64,000 nt of DNA from Pirellulales bacterium (GTDB taxonomy: Bacteria > Planctomycetota > Planctomycetia > Pirellulales > PALSA-1355), in assembly GCA_963733035.1 (NCBI GenBank), contig CAVTBU010000005.1, positions 1,504,001-1,568,000 of the forward strand. The letters run 5' to 3'. Shown in pieces: positions 20,848 to 32,500 of this stretch (positions within the stretch are counted from its first letter, which is position 1; each line of letters opens with the position of its first letter). Position numbers and translations under genes: made by a program. Below the pieces are notes generated by a model, which made no database searches, was not told the DNA's origin, and saw only the letters and a program-made list of their open reading frames with translations.

Positions 20848-23800
20848 ATGCTCAAGCTGTTGCTTCTCTTCGGTTCGCGAAAAAAGTGGACTCATTCCAA
20901 TCGCGGCTCGAAGCTTCGCGGAAAAGCTGTCCGATGTGTCGTTGAGCCGTTGGAATTGCGCAGTGTTTTATCGGTGGCGCCGGTACAACCGGTGGAGTTC
21001 GAAGTCTCCGACAATTACCTCTCAAACCCAGCTTCCCAAGTTCTGCAGCTCACCTTCGACTTTAGCCAGAACGCGACACTGCAGTCACAGGGCTTGGGGG
21101 TGACGGTATCCTTGTCTGGCGAGGAGTCGCTGACATCTCCTGGGATGCCGTTGTTACCGATGCGCAGCTCGACGGTGCTGTTGCCTCCGGGGCTGGAGAT
21201 TTCCTCGGTGAGCGTGAGCTACGGGGACGCTGGAACCCTGCTGGCCCAGAACGTACTGCTGGCGGCCTCGCCGCCGGAGGACGCCAGCGATCCGGCGGCC
21301 ACGACGGTCTACAGCGGGAGCGACTTTCCCGCCCAGGGTCCGGTGGAATTCACCAACAGCGTCCAGAACGGCTACAGCCTGGGCATGCTCGAGGTGTTCC
21401 CCGTGGAGTACCAGGCCAGCAGTGGCAGCCTGACGTACCACCAGGATCTCATGGTCACGCTGCATCTCGAGCAGCGGCCCGCCGGCAGCGCCCTGCAAGT
21501 CCGCAACAACGCGGACGACCGAGCCCGTGTGGCGGCCCTGGTGGACAACCCCCAAGCGCTGGCCAGCTACGATGCGGTGGCGTCAGCGCAAGCCAGCCAA
21601 CAGATCGCCTCTCCGCTGGCCGGAACACCCGACTACCAGTACGTGATCATCACCAGCAGCAGCCTGGCCAGCAGCTTCCAGCCGCTGCTGAACGAGAAGC
21701 TGTCCCGGGGGCTGACCGGCGCCATCTTCACGACCGATTACATCTACGCCAATTACAGCGGCAGCGAGACCCACGACAACCCCGACAAGATCCGCGACTT
21801 CATTCGCGACATGTACCTCAACCACAACACCGAGTGGGTGCTACTGGGCGGGGACTCGGAAGTGGTGCCGGTCCGCGGAGTTTACGCCACTGCCGGGTCG
21901 CTGTCCGAAACGGCGCTGGCCACCGACATGTATTATGGCTGCCTGGATGGCACCTGGAACGGCAACGGGAACAGTTTGTGGGGTGAGTCCACCGATGGCG
22001 TGGGAGGAGGTGATATCGACCTGACGGCCGATGTCTATGTGGGACGCGCGCCGGCCAGCAACGCCACGGAAGCCGCCAACTTCGTGGCCAAGACCCTGCT
22101 CTATGAGACCACGCCCCCTCCCAATCCGACCGAGGGACTGTTCCTGGGAGGCATCATCGACTCCACGACCTATGGCAGTTATTCGGGCATGAACATTCGC
22201 GACACCGTGCTGCCGGCCAACTGGCAGGCATCGCTGCTGGAGCTCTATGACACGTCTTCGTCTACCTGGACGGCCAGCCAGCTGATCAGCTACCTGAACA
22301 GCAGTCCGGCGATCGTGGAATCCTTGGGGCACTCGGGTACCACGATTGATTCCAAGCTGACCCCGGCCGACGTGCAGGCGTTGACCAACGCGTTCCCCTA
22401 CCTGATGTACTCGCAGGGCTGCGATGCGGGGGGATTCGATCTGACCGACTTGAGCGTGGCCGAAGCCCAGGTAGTGTCGCAATATGGCGCGTTTGCCATG
22501 GTGGCCAATACCCGGGAGGGTTGGTATGTGTCAGGAACCAGTCCCGGGTACAGCCACTACTACGCCAAGGATTTTTGGAATGCGATTTTTAACCTGGGTT
22601 ACCTGCACTTGGGAGAGGCGGAAGAGTACTCGAAGCAACATAACCTGATACGTGTCGGCACGGTGGGCACCTACCGCTGGCTGAACTTCACGATTACGCT
22701 GTTCGGCGATCCGGAGGTCTCCTTCCAGCTCACGCCCGCCAGCGGAAATACGCCGCCGGTGGCCACTGGCGACAGCTACTCGACCAGCGAGGACACGCCG
22801 CTCACGGTGGCCGCCCCCGGCGTGCTGGCCAACGACACCGACGCCGATGGCGACCTGCTGACCGCCCTGCTCGTCAGCGGACCGGCCCACGGCTCGCTCA
22901 CCTTCGGCTCCGACGGCTCCTTCACCTACACCCCCAACCCCAACTACTCCGGACCCGACTCCTTCTCCTACCAGGCAAACGACTCCTCCGCCAACTCCAA
23001 TTCCGCAATCGTCAATATCAATGTTGTGCCGAATCCGGGCAGCGTGGTCGCCAGACACATCTTCTACAACGATTCGAGCTACGACGGAAACAACCCGTCC
23101 GTCAACAGCGGCGATGACGCCGCGATTGATTCGGCCAAGATGGCTTATCTGCCCGGCACTGGAGTGTCCACATTTGCCAACATTACCAGCTATGTCAGCG
23201 GCATCAACGGCATCATGATCGACTTGGCCGGCGGGGGTAATCATGCAGCCATCAGCTCGGGCGACTTTATCTTCAAGGTCGGCGCCAACAACTCCCCCGA
23301 AACATGGGCGCTGGCCCCGGATCCTGTCATCGTATCGGTGCGGCCCGGCGCCGGTGTCGGAGGCAGCGACCGAATTGAGATAACCTGGGCCAACGGCGCA
23401 ATCATTAACACTTGGCTTGAAGTGACGATCAAAGGCAATGACTCATTAGGGGGCTTCGATATCAATTCCGGCTTGTCGACCTCGGATGTTTTCTACTTTG
23501 GCAACCGCATCGGTGACGCCGGATTTGACTCGGACGACGTCGCGGTGACCAATGCCGCTGATGAAATAGCAGCCCGTGTTGCCTACGACTTCCAGCAAAT
23601 AACGGTCACGAACCCGTACGACTTTGACCGAAATCAGGTCGTCAATGCGAGCGACCAAATCATCGCTCGTGTAAACTCCGGGACTCTGGCCATGATTGAG
23701 CTGGGAGTCGGCGTTGCGACACCCCAAGCGATGCTGCCAACAGAGACCGACGCCATTCGCTCCGCGCTTGGCATGCTCCGATGGCCAGTTCGCATCATCG

Positions 23801-24012
23801 GCGAGACGGCTGACCAGCGCCAGAATGACTGGCAACTGCCTGAAAATCCGTTACTCGCGGCATCAACTCACGATCTGGCATTGATGCAAGTGATGATCGA
23901 GTCAATCGATCAGGAACCGCTGGCGTCCGATACTTCGACTGTGCCGTTCTCGCTGCTAGAGTATCCTGCCGATGGCGGCCCCATTCGAGTTTCGGGCGGT
24001 CGCAGGCCTTAG
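20848..24012 (+). CDS. secreted protein B: LEPRxLL leader, C25 propeptide and gingipain-like cysteine peptidase, Ig-like domain, planctomycete C-terminal domain with dockerin-like loop
   Basis: [54 protein letters not shown] (His codon 22330), QGCD (Cys codon 22420), TLFGDP; VARHIFYNDSSYDG...YDFDRNQVVNASDQIIAR. Confidence 0.92.
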   Translation: MLKLLLLFGSRKKWTHSNRGSKLRGKAVRCVVEPLELRSVLSVAPVQPVEFEVSDNYLSNPASQVLQLTFDFSQNATLQSQGLGVTVSLSGEESLTSPGMPLLPMRSSTVLLPPGLEISSVSVSYGDAGTLLAQNVLLAASPPEDASDPAATTVYSGSDFPAQGPVEFTNSVQNGYSLGMLEVFPVEYQASSGSLTYHQDLMVTLHLEQRPAGSALQVRNNADDRARVAALVDNPQALASYDAVASAQASQQIASPLAGTPDYQYVIITSSSLASSFQPLLNEKLSRGLTGAIFTTDYIYANYSGSETHDNPDKIRDFIRDMYLNHNTEWVLLGGDSEVVPVRGVYATAGSLSETALATDMYYGCLDGTWNGNGNSLWGESTDGVGGGDIDLTADVYVGRAPASNATEAANFVAKTLLYETTPPPNPTEGLFLGGIIDSTTYGSYSGMNIRDTVLPANWQASLLELYDTSSSTWTASQLISYLNSSPAIVESLGHSGTTIDSKLTPADVQALTNAFPYLMYSQGCDAGGFDLTDLSVAEAQVVSQYGAFAMVANTREGWYVSGTSPGYSHYYAKDFWNAIFNLGYLHLGEAEEYSKQHNLIRVGTVGTYRWLNFTITLFGDPEVSFQLTPASGNTPPVATGDSYSTSEDTPLTVAAPGVLANDTDADGDLLTALLVSGPAHGSLTFGSDGSFTYTPNPNYSGPDSFSYQANDSSANSNSAIVNINVVPNPGSVVARHIFYNDSSYDGNNPSVNSGDDAAIDSAKMAYLPGTGVSTFANITSYVSGINGIMIDLAGGGNHAAISSGDFIFKVGANNSPETWALAPDPVIVSVRPGAGVGGSDRIEITWANGAIINTWLEVTIKGNDSLGGFDINSGLSTSDVFYFGNRIGDAGFDSDDVAVTNAADEIAARVAYDFQQITVTNPYDFDRNQVVNASDQIIARVNSGTLAMIELGVGVATPQAMLPTETDAIRSALGMLRWPVRIIGETADQRQNDWQLPENPLLAASTHDLALMQVMIESIDQEPLASDTSTVPFSLLEYPADGGPIRVSGGRRP
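21087..23021. repeat. 1935-bp inverted repeat, right arm; partner 14343-16277
   Basis: Same translation as the protein A C25 block except a few residues at the edges. Confidence 0.95.
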
Positions 24013-24569
24013 TCGCAGGTCTCGTGGGTGGTCCCGTCATTCGAGTTGGCACGAAAGTGTCTACGTCGACGGGCTGTGTGTGGTCACTTCCAAATTGTGT
24101 CACAACTGGCTCGCCTTCCACGCGGTCCCATCGATGTTCTCACCGCGCATGGGAATCCTAAAGGGAATTGCACCAAGAGCTACGCAGGTTGGCTTGTAGG
24201 GGAAATGCGGCGCTCAATTGACAATTTGCGGTACCTCGCTGGAGAATGCAATAGGCACAGGCGCGGTTAAACTCCTTGCGGCGACGGTTCGATTGATGGC
24301 AAAAAAACGGCCGACAACTGGCCGGCAGTCTGAGGCGGACTCAGCCGGCGATGGCCTCGGGCGCAGGTTGCGTGGTCTCACACAAAGCGCTGCCTTGTCT
24401 GGTGCGGCTCCTGGGTCACACCGAGCCGGTCGACTCTCGGAATCCGCGGCTGAAATCGTAATAGAGGCTATTCTTCAATGTAGGGAACCATTTCCTGGTC
24501 GCCGATTGCCCGGCAGGCGGATTGCAACACGGAGCGAGGCGCAGGCGATTTCTTGAGCGAGTAATTCCC

Positions 24570-24953
24570 GTGAAGCCAGAGTCAACTCCCATCGAAGTCG
24601 GCGACATCGTGCGAGTTCGCGGCACGCCGGCGACGCTGGCCGCGGAGGTGGCGGGGCTAATAGGACAGGTGACGCGCATTGCACAACCACCCGGCGCCAA
24701 CGAAGTTATCGGACAGCCTGTCGATGGTAACGCGTGTGAAGTGTTCTTTGACGAGTTGAAAGCGTCCTATTGGCTACCGGCGCCGCTGCTGGTGGTCGAG
24801 ACACGAGATTCAATCGCGACCGCGAAAGCCGCCGTTTCCGAATCGCCAAGCAGGGAAAAGCCAGAAACGTTGTCGCAGGCGCACCGCTCATCTCCTAGCA
24901 CGCTGCTGGGCCGCCTGCAAAACTTCCTGAAGCGAGTTTTCGGCGTATTCTGA
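24570..24953 (+). CDS. hypothetical protein with a possible SH3/KOW-like N-terminal domain
   Basis: IEVGDIVRVRG...GLIGQVTRI...CEVFFDELKASYWLPAPLL pattern; GTG start assumed. Confidence 0.6.
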   Translation: MKPESTPIEVGDIVRVRGTPATLAAEVAGLIGQVTRIAQPPGANEVIGQPVDGNACEVFFDELKASYWLPAPLLVVETRDSIATAKAAVSESPSREKPETLSQAHRSSPSTLLGRLQNFLKRVFGVF

Positions 24954-25299
24954 AACTCGACACGCCCTGCGGTCAATTGCCGACGCGGGGATCAACAGCG
25001 GCGGGTTGTAGAACCGTTCAGCGTTGACTGCTTTTGTCCATCAAGCGACGCCCAATCAATTCGCATCAAAATGCGACAGCGAGCAAATTGAACTGATCGT
25101 CGACAAAAAAACCCCGAGACCGGAACGCAAGTAACGGGCTCGGGGTAGACCACGACCAAGCTGTGCCTGATGCGATCTTAGCAACTGGGCTAAACTGGGC
25201 GGCAACATGTGAGAATTCTCTACATCCATACTATTTAGGCCAGTCGATCCCGAATCCTGACAACCGAAACGCGCAAAGTAGCGACCCGCGGAAATCGCT

Positions 25300-26403
25300 T
25301 TACCGACGAGCAGACGCGTTAAGGTCGTACACCTCAACGTCCGCCAGGACCGGGCGATGGTCCGAGCCGATATCCGGGCCAACCCAGCATCGTACTGCTC
25401 GAGAGCCAACGTCTGTCAGCACATGATCGATGCGGATGCCGTAGGCTCCCGCAAGTAGCGGCTCATACTTCGTGTAGCCAAAACCCAGGCCGACTGCGGA
25501 AAACGCATCGGGCCGGTCCGACCAGTATTCCCGAAAGATCCCGCTGTCGACGGGCATATTGAAATCGCCCGCGACAATGAGCGGCCCTTCGAAGCCACGC
25601 AACCAATTCGAGACGGTTTTGGACTCCAGCCGCCGGATGACGAGCTGGGATGCTAAATGGCCGCTCCGGGCTGAGTTGATCACCGTGTGCCGATCGAGAA
25701 CCTCGGCCAGTCCCTCCCGAGGCGACATCAAGTGCACACAACAAACGCCAACTGGGCCACATGGTGTCGACAATGTGGCATGAATCCCGTTAACGGCAGG
25801 CCAAGGGCTAAACGGGTAAGTGCGATGCGAGATCGTGACAGATTCGAGCGGATAACGAGACGCAACGATTAGTTGCCCGGCTCGCTCCACATGCCAGCCG
25901 GCTGGCCAAGGGATTTTTAAGTCGCCGCTACACTCCTGCAACGTGACAACTTCGGCATCTACCTGCTTCACCAACGAGACAAGCCGCTCGCCATCGACTT
26001 GATCGCCCTCCACGTTGTATGTGAGTAGTCGAAGCGTGGGCGCATTGTCCACGGCCAACTTTCCAAAGGGCAAGCAAAAGCCCATGACCGGCCCCACCAG
26101 CAATACTAGGCTGGCCAGTAACGGCCAAAGCGACCGTCGCCACAGAATTGCCGTCGCCGGCAGCAACACGGCGAGAGGCAGCGCAAGAAGCATTCGCGGC
26201 CCAAAGAGAATCACCGTTGCCAACCACCAGCGATCACTAGCGAACCGCAGCAATAGCCACATGGCAATTACGAGGATCAAGTAGATCCAAGATAGTGAAG
26301 CAATAGTGTAAAGCAATATCGACTTTTGTGTCGCTGTTCCGTTCAACTCTGGTTGGACTCGATGTCGACTTTCGGCGATTCCATTGTCAGGCTCGAGTTT
26401 CAC
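25300..26403 (-). CDS. membrane-anchored endonuclease/exonuclease/phosphatase (EEP) family protein
   Basis: N-terminal TM helices; LRLLTYNV, VTLQE, VHL.SP, LIVAGDFN, RIDHVL and GSDHRPV motifs. Confidence 0.92.
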   Translation of the reverse strand: MKLEPDNGIAESRHRVQPELNGTATQKSILLYTIASLSWIYLILVIAMWLLLRFASDRWWLATVILFGPRMLLALPLAVLLPATAILWRRSLWPLLASLVLLVGPVMGFCLPFGKLAVDNAPTLRLLTYNVEGDQVDGERLVSLVKQVDAEVVTLQECSGDLKIPWPAGWHVERAGQLIVASRYPLESVTISHRTYPFSPWPAVNGIHATLSTPCGPVGVCCVHLMSPREGLAEVLDRHTVINSARSGHLASQLVIRRLESKTVSNWLRGFEGPLIVAGDFNMPVDSGIFREYWSDRPDAFSAVGLGFGYTKYEPLLAGAYGIRIDHVLTDVGSRAVRCWVGPDIGSDHRPVLADVEVYDLNASARR

Positions 26404-26588
26404 TATTTACCACCGTTCCTGATTTCAGCACCGGTGTCTGTGTGAGAATCGGTGAGGGTTTAGTTCCTGCGTTGAGTCTCGGACCGGTGGCTCCACACGC
26501 GACGTGGCCGGTGTGGCACAAATTTAAGGTAGACCACAGCGGTTGACCGAGTCTGAAGAGCTCTACTAGCACTGCGGACACATCGACG

Positions 26589-29500
26589 TCACCAACTCTT
26601 GGGCGGAACTTTTGCGCCGGGCGGGATGGAAGAGAGTATCGAGCCAAACGGATCCAACAATTCACTGATGGCGACATCGACCTCCGCCCGATTGTCAGTT
26701 GAGGTCACCATGCCCCCCTCGTTTAGTGCTCGGTGCTGCGGGTGCCGATTGCAGTTGGACGAGCGCGTTGGCGTGGAGCGATTGAGCCGTTGGACTGGGG
26801 GAATTGAGCGGCACGGTAGATTCATCCGAAGTGTCGATACTCATCGTACTGGCCGTCAGTGCGCTGACGATCAGGTTGCCTTGGAAAAGCTCAGCGACTT
26901 CATTAGGTTGCAAAGCCCGATTGGCGATGAGCACGTCGTCAACGCGTCCTTGCATCGAGCGTCCGCCGTCTTCCTCCGCGCCGATGGACAGCCCGAGGTC
27001 ATTTGTGCCGATCGTAAAATTGGCCGCCTTGGACGCTTCCAGCTGGCCGTTGATATACATGCGAATCGTGGTCCCGTCATACGTCGCAACAACATGCATC
27101 CAGGTCGTGCCGTTCGTCGGGTACTTGGACGTCGAATCCACGCGAAACGCATTGCCTGCACTATCTTGATTGAAGCGAACGAACACGGTGCCTGAATTGC
27201 TCAGCGCTAGTTCATAGCCGTCTACGCTTTGAGTGATTGATTTGGTCACGAGCGATTGCGTAGCCTGTGCCTCGGGCGAAATCCAGGCCGCAATCGTGAT
27301 GCTGCCGGTGATATCCAGGCTAGCCGCGTCCGGGACCACCACGTGCGGGTGGACCGTTCCTATGGGTTGCGGCAACGCCACCGAACCGGCCAGCACCAGT
27401 CCCGTACCATTCTGACCGGCACCAAAAGCGGCGCCGTCTTGCAGGCTGCCGTCATTGCCGCTGCCGGAAGAATCATGGACCGTCGAACCGGATCCCTCGT
27501 TGAACTGCCAGAATCCCACGAGGCCGGTGGAAGTACTGGCTGGCGATACGGTGACGGTTACGTCGTCGCTGGCGCTGAGTTCGCCGTCCGAGGCGGTCAG
27601 CCGCAACACGTACACGCCCTCGGCACTGAACGTCGCCGAGGTGGATGCGGCCGCGGCGTTGCCAAAGCTGACGCTGCCTGGCCCGCTGACGGTGCTCCAC
27701 TGGGTCGTCAGGTTGGACGGGCTGGGCAGTCCGTCGTCCGACACCGAACCGCCTAGCGCGATGGCCACGCCCGCCTGTCCGCTAACATCCGAGCCCGCAC
27801 TCACCGTGGGCGGCTGGTTGGCCGGAGCCGCGGGATTGAAATTGCCCACGTACACCTGCGCGATCTCGGTCGCCGAGAGCGCCCGGTCCGTGATCAGCAC
27901 TTCATCCAGTTGGCCCTGCATCGAGGTGGTGCCACCATTGCCGGAGCCGAAAGTGAGCGCCAGATTGTTCGTGCCAATCGCAAATGTGGCTGCCTTGCTG
28001 GCCTGCTGCTGGCCATTGATGTACAGCCGAATGGTCGAGCCATCGTAGGTGGCGGCCACGTGCAGCCAGGTGTTGCCGTTGGTCGGATAGCTTGACGTCG
28101 AATCAACGCGATACGTGTCACCTGAACTGGCCTGGTTGAAACGCACGAACACCGTGCCGCTGTTGCTCAGGCCCAGTTCAAAGCCATCGGTCGCGTTGCT
28201 GGCTGCTTTGCTGACGATGGTTTGCGTTCCATTGGCGCTGGGTTTGATCCATGCCGTGATCGTGATCGCATCGGCGATCTGCAATTGGGGAACGTCTGGC
28301 ACGACGTAGCTCTGTCCGGAGCCGTTGAGGTTGAGCCGGCCGTTACTGCTGACCGTGGCACCCCCTTGCAAGCTGCCCAGGTTGCCGATCTGGCTGGGGT
28401 ACGCCGCCCCGAAGCCCGGCAAAAAGTTCCAGAATCCCACGAGGCCAGTGGACTCGCTGGTTGGCGATACGGTGACGGTTACGTCGTCGCTGGCGCTGAG
28501 TTCGCCGTCCGAGGCGGTCAGCCGCAATACGTACACACCCTCGGCACTGAACGTCGCCGAGGTGGATGGGGCCGCGGCGTTGCCAAAGCTGACGCTGCCT
28601 GGCCCGCTAACCGTGCTCCACTGGGTAATTAAGTTGGACGGGCTGGGCAGCCCGTCGTCCGACACCGAACCGCCTAGCGCGATGGCCACGCCCGCCTGTC
28701 CGCTAACATCCGAGCCTGCACTCACCGTGGGCGGCTGGTTGGCCGGAGCCGCGGGATTGAAATTGCCCACGTACACCTGCGCGATCTCAGTCGCCGAGAG
28801 CGCCCGGTCCGTGATCAGCACTTCATCCAGTTGGCCCTGCATCGAGGTGGTGCCACCATTGCCGGAGCCGAAAGTGAGCGCCAGGTTGTTCGTGCCAATC
28901 GCAAATGTGGCTGCCTTGCTGGCCTGCTGCTGGCCATTGATGTACAGCCGAATGGTCGAGCCATCGTAGGTGGCGGCCACGTGCAGCCAGGTGTTGCCGT
29001 TGGTCGGATAGCTTGACGTCGAATCAACGCGATACGTGTCACCTGAACTGGCCTGGTTGAAACGCACGAACACCGTGCCGCTGTTGCTCAGGCCCAGTTC
29101 AAAGCCATCGGTCGCGTTGCTGGCTGCTTTGCTGACGATGGTTTGCGTTCCATTGGCGCTGGGTTTGATCCATGCCGTGATCGTGATCGCATCGGCGATC
29201 TGCAATTGGGGAACGTCTGGCACGACGTAGCTCTGTCCGGAGCCGTTGAGGTTGAGCCGGCCGTTACTGCTGACCGTGGCACCCCCTTGCAAGCTGCCCA
29301 GGTTGCCGATCTGGCTGGGGTACGCCGCCCCGAAGCCCGGCAAAAAGTTCCAGAATCCCACGAGGCCAGTGGAATCGCTGGTTGGCGATACGGTGACGGT
29401 TACGTCGTCGCTGGCGCTGAGTTCGCCGTCCGAGGCGGTCAGCCGCAATACGTACACACCCTCGGCACTGAACGTCGCCGAGGTGGATGGGGCCGCGGCG

Positions 29501-32500
29501 TTGCCAAAGCTGACGCTGCCTGGCCCGCTAACCGTGCTCCACTGGGTAATTAAGTTGGACGGGCTGGGCAGCCCGTCGTCCGACACCGAACCGCCTAGCG
29601 CGATGGCCACGCCCGCCTGTCCGCTAACATCCGAGCCTGCACTCACCGTGGGCGGCTGGTTGGTAGCGATTCCCGGTGGGAAATCTCCCGCGTAAAGGGC
29701 AGTCACTTCGCTGGGATCGAGTGCCCGATTGGCAATCAGGACGTCGTCAATCCGGCCCCGCATGCCACGGCTGCCGGTGGGATCGGCTCCGATTCCCAAC
29801 CCGAGGTTATTGGCATTGATCGTGAACACGGCCGCCTTTGACGCTTCCAGTTGGCCGTTGATGTACATGCGAATCGTGGTGCCGTCGTACGTGGCCACGA
29901 CGTGCATCCAGGTGGTGCCATTGGTCGGATAAGTAGAATTCGAATCCAAGCGGAATGAATTGCCCGAGCTGGCCTGGTTGAAGCGTACGAATACCGTTCC
30001 CGAGTTACTCAGCGACAACTCATAACCGTTCACGTTTCCGGTCGACTTTTGCACCACCGATTGGGTTCCGGTCGTGTAGGGCGCGATCCAGGCGGCGATG
30101 GTGATGTTTTGAGTAACATTGAGACTTGATGAGTTGGGCACCAAAGTCGACTGACTTGCGGTTCCCATAATCAGGCCATTGCCGTTTTGTCCGGCACCGA
30201 AAGAGGCCCCTTGTTGCAGGGTGCCGTCATTGCCTTTGCCGGACGAATCATGGGCCGTTGAACCCGAAGCTTCGTTAAAATGCCAGAATCCCATGATGCC
30301 ACTGGACGCCAGCACGGCATTGATAGTGATCGTATTGGGGCTTGGGTCGAGGTTCACTCCGCCATTGGCGGACCCGCCGTCGTCTTGAACCTGAAATGTA
30401 AAGCTGGCATAGTTCGACCCCTGCGCGTCGGCCGCCGGCGTAAACTGCAACTTGCCCGCCGCAATATCAGCCGCGGAGACGAACTGCCCGATAGAGACGG
30501 CCGCGCCGTTGTATGTCAGGGCACCCGCGCCCGGCAGACTGGCAATTCGCACCGCTTGCAATGCGTTGGCCGGGGAATCACCAGGATCGCTGAAACCAAA
30601 ATCGACAACCTTCAAAGTGTACGCGACCCCGCTGATCGTCGTGATCGTGTTGTCGCTGCCGGACGGTGCGTCGTTCACCGCAGTCACATTGACGGTAATG
30701 GTGTTCGGCGTCGGATCGAGGTCGCTGCCACCGTTGGCCGTGCCGCCGTTATCCTGCACTTGAAAGGTGAGGCTCGTGTAACTCGAACCGTTGGCATTGG
30801 CTGCGGGAGCAAACTTGAGCTTGCCGGCTGTGATGTCGGCCACCGCAATGAACTGCCCTGCAGAGACTGCCACACCGTTGTCACTCAGCGACCCAGCCGC
30901 GGGCAGCGTGGTGATCTTCACCGCCACCAGACTGCCCGCTGGCGAGTCATTGGGGTCGCTGAAGCCGAAGTCGGCTGCGGAGAATGTATACGCCGTGTCC
31001 TCCAGCGTGGTGATGATCTTGTTCGTCCCAGACGGCGGATCGTTTACCGCCGTGACGTTGACTTGAAGATTAACTGTCTGTGTCTGGTCTGCGGTAAGTT
31101 GTCGTTGAACTTGTTGGCCATTGACATTGGCAATTGCTGTGAAGGGATTGTAGCCCGTCTTGGTGGCACCTTGCGTTTGAAACTCCGTTAGAACAGCGAC
31201 AACCTGGCCGCGGGCGTCGGTGGACCCAGAAAATACTTGGTTTCCCAGTTTGTCGGTGGCCGTGACGCGAGCATTGGCCACGGCCGCGCCGTCAGAGTCG
31301 ATGACCCGTACAGTGGTAGTCCACTTTACCGAAAATGCCATCCGGTTGTCGGGGTTGCCAGCTCCGTAGTCTTTCACAATCGCGTCAGCAAGATATTGCT
31401 TCGAGGCGGCGTCCTCGAAGGTTGTGTCGATCAGTGAAATCTGTGTATGTAGATTTTGATTGGGCCAATAGTACGCGGTAAACACATGCGGAGTGGCGAC
31501 CGGATTGGAAACGACCACATGCGAACGTACCAGGTCCAACACCGACCCAGTCGATTCTCCCACGATACCGTCATTGGTGACTAGCGTGTTATCCGCAAAC
31601 GTCACTGCATCGGTCGTTGCCCCGTCCAACTTGATCGTCGCCGCCCTTGCCCCATTGGAAATCGCGCGGAAGGTGTTGTTGTGGACGGAGACGTTCGAAG
31701 ACGTGTAACCGCCATAGTTGTTCAAACGGAACGCATACGCCTTGTGAACGTCGCCGTGTGCGTAAACGTTATTGCCGTAGACTTCCATGTTGCTGACGTT
31801 TTCGAGCTGGATTCCATAGGCACCGTAGGCATTGACACCTTCGTACTCTTGATTATTCGCAAGCTCTTGAACGTGAATCGTGTTGTCATAAATCCTGCCT
31901 GGCAGCGCAATCGTTCCGCCTGCCACGGCGATCCCGCGAGCCGTGTACTCTCCTGTGCCGCAATTGATCACGTTGTCATGTACTTGACTGCCGGCGGTGG
32001 CCACGATCGCGAACGCGTTCGTGTATTTGGTCTTCAATTGGATCGTGTTGCCATAAATAGTGGATGGCGAGCCGATGCCCCCAGTGGCAAAACCGGCGTG
32101 CGGTCCGTTGTTGATCGTGTTGTTGTGGAAAGTACCGACCAATCCTTTCACTACCGCGCCATCGAAATTGTCTCGCGATGTGATGGTTTCCACATTGCTG
32201 GTGAGCGAACTGTTGCCGATCACTACCGGCTGATTGAAAGTGTCCTTGCCCGCTATCGCAGAAGAGTTGGCGCCGTTGATGGTGATGTTCAAATTGTCAA
32301 TCGCGACACCAGGCTCACTGTAAATGAATACGCCGTGCGCCGACGTCGCTCCGTCTGCTGCTTGGACAAGCGTCCCATTTCTGACAACGGCGTTCGTAGC
32401 AGGCCCGTATTGCTTGACGTCGGGAGTCTCACCCGGATTCCAGTTCTTGGGGGAAACGACAACACCGTAGGTCTTGGTTCGCTGGATCTTTAGGTCGTCA

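Noticed and set aside
27541..27800. Variant PKD unit as a diversity-generating retroelement VR/TR pair
   Set aside because: No reverse transcriptase in the window; differences are mostly synonymous and not adenine-specific
5680..31437. Many plus-strand ORFs over genes A and C and minus-strand ORFs over gene B, some repeated identically
   Set aside because: Antisense shadows of GC-rich coding repeats; they recur only because the DNA is duplicated
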